NCBI GenBank assembly: GCA_963769425.1
Contig: CAVYLP010000001.1
Span: 256,001-320,000 of the forward strand
DNA: 64,000 nt
From: Candidatus Bathyarchaeota archaeon
GTDB lineage: Archaea > Thermoproteota > Bathyarchaeia > TCS64
Direction of reading: 5' to 3'
Positions 40,354-50,377 of this stretch are shown here, in pieces. The number at the start of each line of letters is the position of its first letter. Positions within the stretch are counted from its first letter, which is position 1. The notes beneath the pieces are model-generated. The model had not been told where the DNA came from. It made no database searches and saw only the letters and a program-made list of their open reading frames with translations. The position numbers were made by a program, and so were the translations under genes.

Positions 40354-42186
40354 CTATGCCACTCCCCCGCCGAGTATCTCCTCGGTGGATTTCTCTAGGA
40401 ACTGGGTCTCGTAGACGCGCTTGTATATGCCATTCTCCGCCATGAGCTCGGCGTGTCTCCCGAACTCGGCGACGCGCCCCTTCTCGAGGACGAGTATCTT
40501 GTCGGCGTTCTTGATAGTGGAGAGGCGCTGCGCGATGATGAACGTGGTTCTTCCCCTCATCGCGTCCTCGAGTGCCTCCTGTATCTCCTGCTCAGTCTTC
40601 GCGTCAACGAAGCTGAGTGAGTCGTCGAGGATGAGTATCTTCGGGTTCGTTAGGATGGCCCTCGCGATGGTTATCCTCTGCTTCTGCCCACCGGAGAGGG
40701 TGACTCCCCTCTCCCCGACGTAACTGTTGTACTTATCCGGCAGGGAGTCGATGAAGTCGTGTATCCTGGCGAGCTTGGCGGCGTTGATGATCTCCTCATC
40801 CGTCGCCTCGGGCTTACCGAAAGCTATGTTGCTTTTTATCGTGCCAGAGAAGAGGAAAACATCCTGAAGGACTATGCCCACCTGCCGCTGCAGAGAGTCG
40901 ATCTTGCAGTCTCTGATGTCTACGCCGTCGATCTTTATGCTGCCGGCGTGGGGGTCGTAGAACCTCGGGATGAGGTAGATTAGCGACGTCTTTCCCGAGC
41001 CTGTTGCGCCCAGTATGGCTATCTTCTCCCCCGCATGGGCTTTGAAGCTGATATCGGACAGTATGTCCAAGTCCTTCGTGTAGCCGAAGCTGACGTTTTG
41101 GAACTCGACCTCACCATGTGGTATCTGTATATCCTTGGCGTTGGGGCCCTCTTTGACGTCGATCGGTGTGTTTCTTACCTCATTTATTCGTTCGAGGCTA
41201 GCGGAGGAGTTTATCCAGCTACCTACGATGTTAGCGAGCTGGTTGAGCTGGGGGACGATCCTCTGCATGTACGTCGCGAATAGGAGCAGGTTCCCAACTA
41301 TGAGGACGGGGTTTGGTCCCAAGAGGAGGCTCGTCCCGTATATATATACGAAGGCTACGCCGATCTGCAGGATCGTTTGGGGGGAGGGGATGTAGAGGGC
41401 CTGGATTTTGCCCGCGGAGATGGCTGTGGCGACGTACTTTGACTCTACCTCCTCGAAGCCGTCCTTCATCCCCTCCTCCATCTCGAAGATACGCACATTC
41501 TTCATGCCTATGATGTTCTGCTGGACGTAGGCGCCGAGCTTGCCGAGGATGAGCATCATCTTCCGGAATAGGGGACGCACCTTGGTGAACTGCCTGATCT
41601 GGATGTATGCGACCAGGGGCATCGGCGCGAACGTGAGCAGGGTCAGTAACGGGTTGATCGGGAACATGATCAAAATACAGGCGACGACGACGAAGAGGGA
41701 GTCGAATATGTTCATCAGCCAGTTCGCGCAGAAGTTGTTCACCGCCTGAAGGTCCATCGTCGCCCTCGAGATGAGGTCACCGACCGAGTTGGAGTCGAAG
41801 AAGCCGAAGGACTTTTCCTCGAGGGAGCGGTAGTAGTCGGATCTTATGTCTCTGATTATCAGTTCTGCCACGTAGCCGTTCGTGAAGGTCTCGAAGAAGG
41901 TGAACATTCCCACTCCGAGGACGGCGAGTATCGTGCTAAGCACGAGCCCGGGAAGCAGGGCGGTCTGTCCACCGAGGACTACCAAGTTGATTATCTGGGC
42001 GAGGTAGAGTGGCTCCAAGGCGAAGAGGGCCGCCCTCGCCGCGCTGAAGATCACCGTAAGGATGGAGTAGGGGAGGTAGGGCCTGTGGTACCTCAGAATC
42101 ATCCTGAACTCCTTCCCCGAGCCCCTGATGTCGGTGCGGGGCTTCATCGCGTCTATCCAATCGAGAACCGGTTTGGCTACACTCAT
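40354..42186 (-). CDS. ABC exporter, fused TMD-NBD (heterodimer subunit with degenerate Walker B)
   Basis: GATGSGKT, LSGGQ, LDDS, Q in place of the H-loop His. Confidence 0.93.
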   Translation of the reverse strand: MSVAKPVLDWIDAMKPRTDIRGSGKEFRMILRYHRPYLPYSILTVIFSAARAALFALEPLYLAQIINLVVLGGQTALLPGLVLSTILAVLGVGMFTFFETFTNGYVAELIIRDIRSDYYRSLEEKSFGFFDSNSVGDLISRATMDLQAVNNFCANWLMNIFDSLFVVVACILIMFPINPLLTLLTFAPMPLVAYIQIRQFTKVRPLFRKMMLILGKLGAYVQQNIIGMKNVRIFEMEEGMKDGFEEVESKYVATAISAGKIQALYIPSPQTILQIGVAFVYIYGTSLLLGPNPVLIVGNLLLFATYMQRIVPQLNQLANIVGSWINSSASLERINEVRNTPIDVKEGPNAKDIQIPHGEVEFQNVSFGYTKDLDILSDISFKAHAGEKIAILGATGSGKTSLIYLIPRFYDPHAGSIKIDGVDIRDCKIDSLQRQVGIVLQDVFLFSGTIKSNIAFGKPEATDEEIINAAKLARIHDFIDSLPDKYNSYVGERGVTLSGGQKQRITIARAILTNPKILILDDSLSFVDAKTEQEIQEALEDAMRGRTTFIIAQRLSTIKNADKILVLEKGRVAEFGRHAELMAENGIYKRVYETQFLEKSTEEILGGGVA

Positions 42187-42337
42187 TCATACCGCCAGAG
42201 CGATTACATTCCACTCGGATCGTCGAGCCAGCGCTTAATAGTTACTACTCGACTTAGTGGCTAGAGTCCCCGGATAAGTACTTAGCAATTTTTTCGTTGA
42301 CAAGTTATTAAAACAGATACGGGAAACTATTGTACGA

Positions 42338-44020
42338 ATGCCTATGGCTCTACCGACGAAGATCGAGATCGCCCAGAGCGCCAAGCTCAAGCCGATAACC
42401 GAGATCGCAGCGGGTCTCGGGCTCAGCCCCGATGACATCGAGATGTATGGGAAGTACAAGGCGAAGATACGCCCCGAGGTCTACACAAGGAATAAGGACA
42501 AGCCCGACGGGAAACTGATAATAGTCACCGCAATCACCCCGACGAAGTTCGGGGAGGGTAAGACGACTATGAGCATCGGCCTCGCCGAGGCGTTGGGGAA
42601 GCTGGGGAAGAGGAACATCGTCGTCCTCCGCCAGCCGAGCCTCGGCCCCGTCTTCGGCGTCAAGGGCGGCGCCTGCGGGGCCGGCTACGCCCAAGTCCTC
42701 CCCATGGAGGACATAAACGTCCACTTCACCGGCGATCTACACGCCATCACCTGCGCCCACGACCTCCTCACCAGCATCATGGAGAACCACATAAACCGCG
42801 GCAACGAGCTGGGCATAAGCCTCCACGACATCATGTGGAAGCGCGTAATCGACATAGAGAGCAGGACCCTCCGCAAGATGGTCATAGGCCTCGGCGGCAA
42901 GAACAATGGCATCCCCTACGAGAGCGGCTTCGAGATCACCACCGCATCCGAGATCGCCGCAATACACGCCATAAGCAGCGACTTCATGGATCTCAAGAAG
43001 CGCATGGCAGCGATCACCGTCGCATACGATAAGGATGGGAAACCGGTTACGGCAGGTCAGCTTCAGGTCGTCGGCGCCATGGCTATCCTGATGAAGGACG
43101 CGGTTAAGCCCAACCTCATCCAGACGATCGAGGGGACACCCGGCATCATCCACGGCGGCCCATTCGCGAACATCGCGCACGGCTGCCCGAGCCTCATCGC
43201 CATAAAGACCGCGCAGAAGCTCACCGACTACGTCGTCCTCGAGCCCGGCTTCGGCGCCGACCTCGGCATGGAGAAGTTCTGCAACATCGCAAGCCGCGCA
43301 GGCGGGCTGAAGCCCAGCGTCGCCGTCATCGTCGCCACGATTAAGGCGCTGAAGAGGCACGGAGGCACCAAGTACAGGGACATCGACAAGCCCAGTGCCG
43401 ACGCCGTCAGGAAGGGGTTGCCAATCCTCGCCAAGGAGGTGGAGAACGCCAAGAAGTTCGGCCTCCACCCCGTCGTCTGCATGAACCACTTCCTCAACGA
43501 CGCCCAGGAGGAGATCGATATAGTCATGAACTGGGCCAAGGAGAACGGGGTCCCCGCGGCCTTCACGGACACCGTCCTCAAGGGCGGCGCGGGTGGCACC
43601 GAGCTAGCGAACCTCGTCCTCAAGGAGCTGGAGAAGCCGAACAACTTCCACTTCCTCTACCCACTCGAGATGCCCGTCGAGGAGAAGATCAGGACCATCG
43701 CCAAGGAGATCTACGGCGTGGCCGACATACGCCTCACGGACGACGCGAGGAAGGCGCTGAAGCAGATCGAGAAATTCGGCTTCGACAAGCTCCCAATCTG
43801 CATGGCGAAGACGCCGCTCAGCCTCACGGACAACGAGGATCTGCAGGGTCTGCCACCCACCGGCTACATACTGCCCATAGTCAACCTCAAGCCGAGCACA
43901 GGCGCTGGCTTCATCGTCGCCTACTGCGGCGACATAAGCACGATGCCCGGGGAGCCGACACACCCAGCCAGTGAAGAGATGGACATCGACGAGAACGGCA
44001 TCATAAAGGGGTTGGCGTAG
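42338..44020 (+). CDS. fhs: Formate--tetrahydrofolate ligase
   Basis: TPT..GEGKTT, KGGA.G.GYAQV, HGGPFANIAHG, AKT..S. Confidence 0.95.
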   Translation: MPMALPTKIEIAQSAKLKPITEIAAGLGLSPDDIEMYGKYKAKIRPEVYTRNKDKPDGKLIIVTAITPTKFGEGKTTMSIGLAEALGKLGKRNIVVLRQPSLGPVFGVKGGACGAGYAQVLPMEDINVHFTGDLHAITCAHDLLTSIMENHINRGNELGISLHDIMWKRVIDIESRTLRKMVIGLGGKNNGIPYESGFEITTASEIAAIHAISSDFMDLKKRMAAITVAYDKDGKPVTAGQLQVVGAMAILMKDAVKPNLIQTIEGTPGIIHGGPFANIAHGCPSLIAIKTAQKLTDYVVLEPGFGADLGMEKFCNIASRAGGLKPSVAVIVATIKALKRHGGTKYRDIDKPSADAVRKGLPILAKEVENAKKFGLHPVVCMNHFLNDAQEEIDIVMNWAKENGVPAAFTDTVLKGGAGGTELANLVLKELEKPNNFHFLYPLEMPVEEKIRTIAKEIYGVADIRLTDDARKALKQIEKFGFDKLPICMAKTPLSLTDNEDLQGLPPTGYILPIVNLKPSTGAGFIVAYCGDISTMPGEPTHPASEEMDIDENGIIKGLA

Positions 44021-44021
44021 A

Positions 44022-44858
44022 ATGGCGATAATCCTCGACGGCAAGGAGACATCAGCCAAGATCGTTGAGGAGATCAAGGCGGAGATCGCCGCCCTGAAGG
44101 CTAAAGGTGTCAACCCGACGCTTGCACTCATACTGATCGGGGGAGACCCCGGCTCGGTCCGATATGTCAACATCAAGGTCAAGCGCGCCGAGGAGGCCGG
44201 CATAGCCACACAGTTCCACCACCTGGAGACCGCCACGACGGAGCAAGTCGTCACGCTCATCAAGAAGCTGAACACGGACCCCAAGGTCCACGGTATAATG
44301 GTCCAGCTCCCCGCGCCCAAGGAGGTGAACGAGGGCACCATAGTCGAGGCGATCGCCCCGGAGAAGGATGTCGACGCCCTCAGCCCCGTCACCTTCGGCA
44401 AGATAGTCCTCGGAGAGAAGAGCTTCCTCCCCGCCGGCGTCGAGGCCATCATGGAGCTACTCAAACGCTACAATGTCGACCCCGAGGGCAAGCACTGGGT
44501 AGTCGCCGGCTTACCGAGCTGGCTTGGTAAACCCATGGCAGCGATGCTCCTCAACAAGAGGGTAGAGGTCACCGCCTTCGCCGCAGGGGACCCACGGCTA
44601 CCCGAGTTCGTGAAACAGGCGGACGTCCTCTGCATCGAGATACACAGGAAGTGGACCGTCACCGCAGACATGGTGAAGAAGGGAGTCGTCGTCATCGACA
44701 ACGGCAACAGCTACGAGGGCAAGAAGGTCTTCGGGGACGTCGACTACGAGCGCGTCGCGCCACTAGCATCAGCGATCACCCCCGTCCCCGGTGGCGTCGG
44801 GCCCCTCCTCATCACGATGCTCCTGCGGAACACGGTAATGGCGGCTTCAACTGCCTAG
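44022..44858 (+). CDS. folD: FolD-family methylene-THF dehydrogenase/cyclohydrolase (divergent cofactor domain)
   Basis: YV..K, VQLP, KDVD, TPVPGGVGP. Confidence 0.9.
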   Translation: MAIILDGKETSAKIVEEIKAEIAALKAKGVNPTLALILIGGDPGSVRYVNIKVKRAEEAGIATQFHHLETATTEQVVTLIKKLNTDPKVHGIMVQLPAPKEVNEGTIVEAIAPEKDVDALSPVTFGKIVLGEKSFLPAGVEAIMELLKRYNVDPEGKHWVVAGLPSWLGKPMAAMLLNKRVEVTAFAAGDPRLPEFVKQADVLCIEIHRKWTVTADMVKKGVVVIDNGNSYEGKKVFGDVDYERVAPLASAITPVPGGVGPLLITMLLRNTVMAASTA

Positions 44859-44946
44859 TTTCGCCACTTTCGCACTCCACCAACACCGCGGGCCATCAAG
44901 GATTTTAAAGAGGGGCACTACCCCTCATTCTACAAGGTGTAGCCTT

Positions 44947-45333
44947 TTGGCGAGGATGGACTCACGAAACGCCCGACGCATGATGCAGCGCATGGGCATG
45001 CAGATGAACGAACTCAGCGGCGTCACCAGGGTCATAATACAGAGCCCCGGCAAGGAGATTGTCATCGAGCAGCCAACGGTCACAAGCATCAACGTGCAGG
45101 GGCAGAAGATGTACCAGGTCCTCGGCGGAAAGACGGTTGAGAGGGCGCCTCAGGCAGCCATCGCTCAGGGCGCAGCGTCGGCGATTACCGAGAAGCCCGC
45201 CGTGCAGGTACCCGAGGAGGACGTACTCCTCGTCGCCCAGCAGGCCAAGGTCTCGATGGATAAGGCGCGTGAGACCCTCGTCAAGTGCGACGGTGACCTT
45301 GCCAGGGCCATCCTGATGCTCCAGACGGGTTAG
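44947..45333 (+). CDS. nac: Nascent polypeptide-associated complex protein
   Basis: MM.RMGM, NAC domain, C-terminal UBA (GDLA.AI). Confidence 0.93.
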   Translation: MARMDSRNARRMMQRMGMQMNELSGVTRVIIQSPGKEIVIEQPTVTSINVQGQKMYQVLGGKTVERAPQAAIAQGAASAITEKPAVQVPEEDVLLVAQQAKVSMDKARETLVKCDGDLARAILMLQTG

Positions 45334-45343
45334 AGGTTTTGCA

Positions 45344-46552
45344 GTGGCTCTCCGGGTAAGGCAGCAGCGCGGCGTCGTCGTCGAGTACAAGGGTTCAGGG
45401 GTCGTCTTGGACCCCACTGGTAACGGGCATGGCTACCCAGTATTCGTCAGTCACGCTCACGCCGACCACGCGGCCGCCTTCAAGTACCCCGACCGCCAGA
45501 AGTATGCAACTGAGGAGACCCACCAGCTCCTCCACAGCCTCGGCTGGAAACACCTCGATAACTGGCAGCAGATTAAGCTAGGCGATAAGATCAAGGTCGA
45601 CGATATAGAGGTCCACGTACACAACGCGGGCCACGTCCTCGGAAGCGTCCAGTTCGAGGTCAACACCCCCGAGGGTACAGTTCTATACACTGGGGATATA
45701 GGCCTCGAGGAATCGTACACGATGCACCCCGCTGAGCCGGTGGATTGCGACATACTCGTCGTCGAGACGACCTTCGGGGCGCCCATGTTCAACTTCCCGA
45801 AGCGGAGGGACGTCGCCCTCGACGTCGTCCGATGGGCCACCATGGAGGCCATCCCAGCCGGGCGAATCCCCACCTTCAAGACCGACTCCATAGGTAACGC
45901 TCAGGAGGTCATTCGGATCTTCAACACCCTCACTAAGCTCCCCGTCGTCACGGCGAAGAGCGCCACAAAGGTTAGCGATGTTTACAAGGGCTTCGGCCAC
46001 AGCCTCGAATACTACGACTTCAAGTCCCCGGAGGGGGAGGAACTTCTGGAGGGTGGGAAGTGCGCCATCATCTCACCAAAGGGATCGAAGCTGCCCTACG
46101 ATAACCTCGAAAGTGCCCTTGCCTCGGGGTGGGCTGTACTATTCGGGGGGCGTCAGCGAGCCTTCGCCTTAAGCGATCACGCCGACTTCAAGGGTCTACT
46201 CGGCTTCATACGCAAATGTAAGCCTAAGAGGGTGCTCACATTTCACGGGGGTAACATGACGAGGGAGTTCCCCGAGTACGTCCGGAAGAAACTCGGGGTC
46301 GATGCTCGCCCACTTTCGACGAAGGAAGAGACGCTTAACGGTACCGTCCAGAGGGGGGAGACCCGGATCAAGGCGTGTACTAACCAAGTTCTTCGCACGA
46401 TAAGGATACCCGGCTTCGAGTACGGTACCCCCTGGCTTGAGAGGGAGCTTTCGAAACAGGGCTACAGCACGGGAGAGACTGAGGAGACCCTCGACTACCT
46501 CGTGTCTAAGGGGATACTGGAGAAGACTGAGAAGGGCGTTAAGATGAGTTAG
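45344..46552 (+). CDS. MBL-fold beta-CASP-like nuclease with C-terminal extension
   Basis: SHAHADH, AGHVLGS, YTGD, ETTFG, LSDHAD. Confidence 0.88.
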   Translation: MALRVRQQRGVVVEYKGSGVVLDPTGNGHGYPVFVSHAHADHAAAFKYPDRQKYATEETHQLLHSLGWKHLDNWQQIKLGDKIKVDDIEVHVHNAGHVLGSVQFEVNTPEGTVLYTGDIGLEESYTMHPAEPVDCDILVVETTFGAPMFNFPKRRDVALDVVRWATMEAIPAGRIPTFKTDSIGNAQEVIRIFNTLTKLPVVTAKSATKVSDVYKGFGHSLEYYDFKSPEGEELLEGGKCAIISPKGSKLPYDNLESALASGWAVLFGGRQRAFALSDHADFKGLLGFIRKCKPKRVLTFHGGNMTREFPEYVRKKLGVDARPLSTKEETLNGTVQRGETRIKACTNQVLRTIRIPGFEYGTPWLERELSKQGYSTGETEETLDYLVSKGILEKTEKGVKMS

Positions 46553-46559
46553 GCGGAGC

Positions 46560-46859
46560 CTACATCTTCACGATTTGGGCGTGTGGGACGTCACCGAAGT
46601 AGATGACGGCCCTTCCGTTGACGAGTCTCTTTTCGATCGCGGCCTCGACTATGCGCTTTCCGACTAGGTTGCAGATGGAGGCGCGGCGCATGGCCTCTAA
46701 TGCCTCCTCTACGCTTCCGGGTATGCCCTTGTAGAACTCTTCGCTGACCTTGAATGGGACGCGGCCCCCCTGGAGGGTTTGGCCCAGTAGCTCGGCGTCA
46801 CAGACTGCGACGAGGGTGTCCCTTCCGTGCTTTATAGTCCGGAGGTAGACCTCGCTCAT
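46560..46859 (-). CDS. DUF424 family protein
   Basis: VAVCDAELLG, V.EEFY.G, NLVG, VPHAQ. Confidence 0.88.
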   Translation of the reverse strand: MSEVYLRTIKHGRDTLVAVCDAELLGQTLQGGRVPFKVSEEFYKGIPGSVEEALEAMRRASICNLVGKRIVEAAIEKRLVNGRAVIYFGDVPHAQIVKM

Positions 46860-46864
46860 TTCGC

Positions 46865-47275
46865 TCAACCCGTACCTATGCTGCTGCGTGCGCCGCAGGC
46901 CTCGCATTGGAGGAACCAGAGGCGCTTCTCCTTGATGAGCTGAGTATCTGGGCGACCGCAGACTGGGCAGATGACGTACTTCTTCGCATATGCGTCTATG
47001 AGTCCGCGTATGGACTCGGCGTTGTGCTTGCCCTGGAAGAGAGCACGGTTACCGTCGAAGTTGGCGAGAGTCGCCATCTCCCCGGTGAGGTACTTGAGGA
47101 GGTGGTCGGGCTCTCTGCGGAGCTGCTCGGCGATCTCCCTGAAGTTGATTATGACGGTTTTCCTCCCCTGGAGGGCTATATTCGCCCTCGGGACGGCGAA
47201 CCTGTCCACGAAGCTTGTCTGCTCGGGGAGTTCTTTGTAGGCTCTGTCCAACATCGCCTTGTAATCCTTCTCCAA
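46865..47275 (-). CDS. eif2b: Translation initiation factor aIF2 beta
   Basis: Y..MLDRAY, CPVCGRPDT, CEACGA. Confidence 0.95.
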   Translation of the reverse strand: MEKDYKAMLDRAYKELPEQTSFVDRFAVPRANIALQGRKTVIINFREIAEQLRREPDHLLKYLTGEMATLANFDGNRALFQGKHNAESIRGLIDAYAKKYVICPVCGRPDTQLIKEKRLWFLQCEACGARSSIGTG

Positions 47276-47361
47276 ACCTGCTCACATCCTCGTTGGCGCC
47301 CAAGTAACGCTTCGGGCGTCCAAGAATGAGGTGTGTCGGGTCTTAAAAAAGGTTCTCGGAT

Positions 47362-48153
47362 TTAGCGCCGGTGGATCGCGCCGAAGTAGATTATGACGAC
47401 TCCAACTAGGGCGACGAGGAATCCGCCGATTAGTAGGCCCCAGCCTATCGGGCTAAGGATGGTGACGCGAGCCCCAACCTGTACGTTAGCGTCAACTCCC
47501 TGTGAGCCGTCAGCGTTCATTATCACGACCCAGTACTCGCCCGAAGAGGGCGTCCACGTCACGGTCTGTGTACCGCTTCCGGAGGCCTGAGCGACCCATA
47601 TGACTTGACTAGTTGGCGGGGTAGGTGGTTTTCCGCCGGGTATGGTCTGGTAGGTGGGCACCCCGTTACTCATCATCCTACCTGGAGCCCAGTTGTACGA
47701 GATTATCCTGTCAATGTTTACCCCGTCGAAGTAGGTCACTGCGGATTGCTGAGGTACTATGCCTACAAAGATTGGTTTAGCGTTGTTAGAGGTGGCTGTT
47801 ATCTTTAGGGAGACTATGTTTTGGTTTTGAGGCATAAATCCGCCTGTATCCACGTTGACGTTGTTTTGGACGATAGCGAAGCTGCTGACGGTTAGTGGAA
47901 CTGGGCTCGTTACCATGTACCCGGAGCTGTCAGTTATGGCGGTCTGGCTCCAGATGAGCACGCCTCCCCCGGCGATTAGGCCGAGAGCGATGAGCAGGAT
48001 GAAGCCCCCGAATATGAGAGCAACTACACTACCGGCGTTCCAGCCGGAGGCCCTCCGGTAAACGACACCTGTAGTCTGAAGAGGAGCCCCACACTTTTGG
48101 CAGAACCTAGATCCTTCCTCGTTCTCGGCGCCACATTCCTTACAATACGGCAT
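47362..48153 (-). CDS. Zinc-ribbon membrane protein
   Basis: C..CG...C..CG, TM, MNADGS, C-terminal TM. Confidence 0.75.
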   Translation of the reverse strand: MPYCKECGAENEEGSRFCQKCGAPLQTTGVVYRRASGWNAGSVVALIFGGFILLIALGLIAGGGVLIWSQTAITDSSGYMVTSPVPLTVSSFAIVQNNVNVDTGGFMPQNQNIVSLKITATSNNAKPIFVGIVPQQSAVTYFDGVNIDRIISYNWAPGRMMSNGVPTYQTIPGGKPPTPPTSQVIWVAQASGSGTQTVTWTPSSGEYWVVIMNADGSQGVDANVQVGARVTILSPIGWGLLIGGFLVALVGVVIIYFGAIHRR

Positions 48154-48398
48154 ATTGAATCCCCTACTCGTCTTTAGAATGAGCTGTTTATTAAATAAAT
48201 ATGGTTATGATTCAGTAGTTTTGTCAATTAGGATCATTGAGACGAGACCAGAGCTCTGTAGCGTCATCTCTCAAGATCCCAAGGGATATCTGGCTCAGTA
48301 CAACGTTTGTGGACATGGTCCAAATATGCAGGCAATACGTGGATTGACTCAGTCTTATTCAAATACGGGCGATCGAACCAATCGATCGGTGCTGCCAG

Positions 48399-49322
48399 TT
48401 GATCAGGTTCGGGGTTAAGACGTCCCAAGCTAGGGACTATGGCGACTACGCTGCGTTGAGGAGGGTCTGGCTGGAGGCGGAGAGGCTCGGCTTCCACTCA
48501 GGGTGGCTCTTCGACCACTTGTTCGAGCTACCAGGTGCGGGGCCCAGCCTAGAGCCCTGCTTGGAATGTTGGACCTCTCTATCGGCACTAGCCGCGGAGA
48601 CTAAGAAGCTGAGACTTGGAGTGACGGTACTGTGTGCAACCTACCGGAACCCAGCTCTTCTAGCAAAGATGGCCTCGACCCTTGATGTGATTAGCAACGG
48701 CAGACTCGAATTCGGAATCGGTGCTGGGTGGGCGGGGGTTGAGCATGAGGCTTACGGCTTCCCCTTCGACAAGCCCGCCATTAGGATCGGGAGACTCAGG
48801 GAGTCTGTAAAGATAATCAGGAGTATGTGGACAGAGGAGAAGACGAGCTTCCACGGCAAGTACTACGACATCGAGGGCGCTGTAAACAACCCGAAGCCGA
48901 TCCAGAAGCCTCACCCGCCGATCTGGATTGGAGGCGGAGGGGAGGGATTAACCCTGAAGGCCATCGCGGAGCTCGCGGATGGGTGTAACTTCATTGGTCT
49001 CTCCACATCGGAGTATAGCCACAAGTTGGATGTCCTGGGGGAACACTGCGCTAAGATTGGTAGAAACGTTAACGACATCCAGAAGTCGTGGCAGGGTAGA
49101 ATCCTAATCGCGAAGGATGAGGACGAGTTAAAGAAGATGAAGGTCAAAATGGGGGAGGTCGACGAGGAACACAATGTAGTCGGCACCCCGGATCGCTGCG
49201 TCGAGAAGCTACGAGAGTACACGGACCTCGGCGTCTCCTGCTTCATGCTCGTCTTCCCCGGGGCGACACGGGACCCCAGACCGCTCCAACTATTCAGTGA
49301 GAGTGTAATGCCCGAGTTCTAG
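48399..49322 (+). CDS. F420-dependent LLM-class oxidoreductase
   Basis: W.FDH, RNPALLAKMA.TLD..S.GR, PKPIQ.PHPPIWIGG. Confidence 0.9.
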   Translation: MIRFGVKTSQARDYGDYAALRRVWLEAERLGFHSGWLFDHLFELPGAGPSLEPCLECWTSLSALAAETKKLRLGVTVLCATYRNPALLAKMASTLDVISNGRLEFGIGAGWAGVEHEAYGFPFDKPAIRIGRLRESVKIIRSMWTEEKTSFHGKYYDIEGAVNNPKPIQKPHPPIWIGGGGEGLTLKAIAELADGCNFIGLSTSEYSHKLDVLGEHCAKIGRNVNDIQKSWQGRILIAKDEDELKKMKVKMGEVDEEHNVVGTPDRCVEKLREYTDLGVSCFMLVFPGATRDPRPLQLFSESVMPEF

Positions 49323-49368
49323 GGCACACCCGAACCGTTTTATCCACCCACCCCCGAATCTCATACCC

Positions 49369-49980
49369 GTGTCCGAAAAGTTCGAATGCGAGGTAATGGA
49401 CTGGGACCTCTTCTACGAGCTCTCGAAGAAGACCGCCGACAAGATCATCACGTCGAGGTTCAAGCCCGACTTCATGGTGGGCCTCGCCCGTGGGGGCTGG
49501 GTCCTGAGTCGCGTCCTCTGCGACTTCCTCGGCGTGAAGGACCTCGTGAGCCTGAAGGTGGAGCACTGGGGCGTAACGGCGACGCCCGACGGCACAGCGC
49601 AGATAAAGTACCCGTTCCGCATCGAGCTCAGGGGCAGGAAGGTGCTGATAGTTGACGACATCACGGACACTGGTGAGAGCATGATTGTCGCCAAGGAGTA
49701 CGTTGAGACGATGAACCCACAGGTCGTGAAGACGGCGACGCTGCGCACCATCAAGGGCAGCAAGTTCACGCCCGACTACTTCGGCGACGAGATAAGCTGG
49801 AGGTGGGTCGTCTTCCCCTGGAACTACAATGAGGATATGTGTAACATAGTCCCAAAGACAGCAGCTGATGGCGCGCCGCCTGAGGAGGTGGCGAGACGCC
49901 TCAAGGCGAATAATAACTTGGACCTCAGCGTATCTGAGGTCGAGAGGATACTCAAGGAAGCAAAGAGGAGAAAGGTCTAA
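49369..49980 (+). CDS. Purine phosphoribosyltransferase (archaeal HGPRT-like)
   Basis: ARGG, VLIVDDITDTG, W.VFPW. Confidence 0.88.
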   Translation: MSEKFECEVMDWDLFYELSKKTADKIITSRFKPDFMVGLARGGWVLSRVLCDFLGVKDLVSLKVEHWGVTATPDGTAQIKYPFRIELRGRKVLIVDDITDTGESMIVAKEYVETMNPQVVKTATLRTIKGSKFTPDYFGDEISWRWVVFPWNYNEDMCNIVPKTAADGAPPEEVARRLKANNNLDLSVSEVERILKEAKRRKV

Positions 49981-50270
49981 GCGTCTTCGTCCTCGTCGTC
50001 TTCCTCATCTACGTCGACTTCTACCGCCTCCGCTCCACCCTCCGCGGCTTTCTTGGCTGCGGCGGCCTTCTCCTCGTCGGTGGTGAGGCGGTACTTGCGG
50101 ATCCCATCCAACCCACGGGCAGAAACTATCTCGCCGCCCTCGAAGAGGCTGCGGAGTAGGCGGAAGACGCGCTTCTCCTTAAGCTCCATTGAGGCCGCGA
50201 TCTCGGCTAGGCTGAGCGGCTTATCTTGGAGGTGCTTGACTACGTCTTTCTTGAGCTTGGCTGTCGACAT
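49977..50270 (-). CDS. Small winged-HTH protein with acidic tail
   Basis: LSLAEIA...ELKEKRVFRLLRSL...G, tail DVDEEDDEDEDA. Confidence 0.7.
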   Translation of the reverse strand: MSTAKLKKDVVKHLQDKPLSLAEIAASMELKEKRVFRLLRSLFEGGEIVSARGLDGIRKYRLTTDEEKAAAAKKAAEGGAEAVEVDVDEEDDEDEDA

Positions 50271-50377
50271 CCCTGTAGTAATATGGGGGGTCTGCGTTAA
50301 GAATTTGACGCTGAAACTCCCAACATTCACAAAACATCCAAACAAGTAAGCACTGTATGGCGTAAAATGGAAGGGAC

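Noticed and set aside
23153-49322. Bioluminescence system (LuxE-like gene plus luciferase-like monooxygenase)
   Set aside because: The genes are about 24 kb apart, luxC/luxD are absent, and the LLM looks like a common F420-dependent oxidoreductase.
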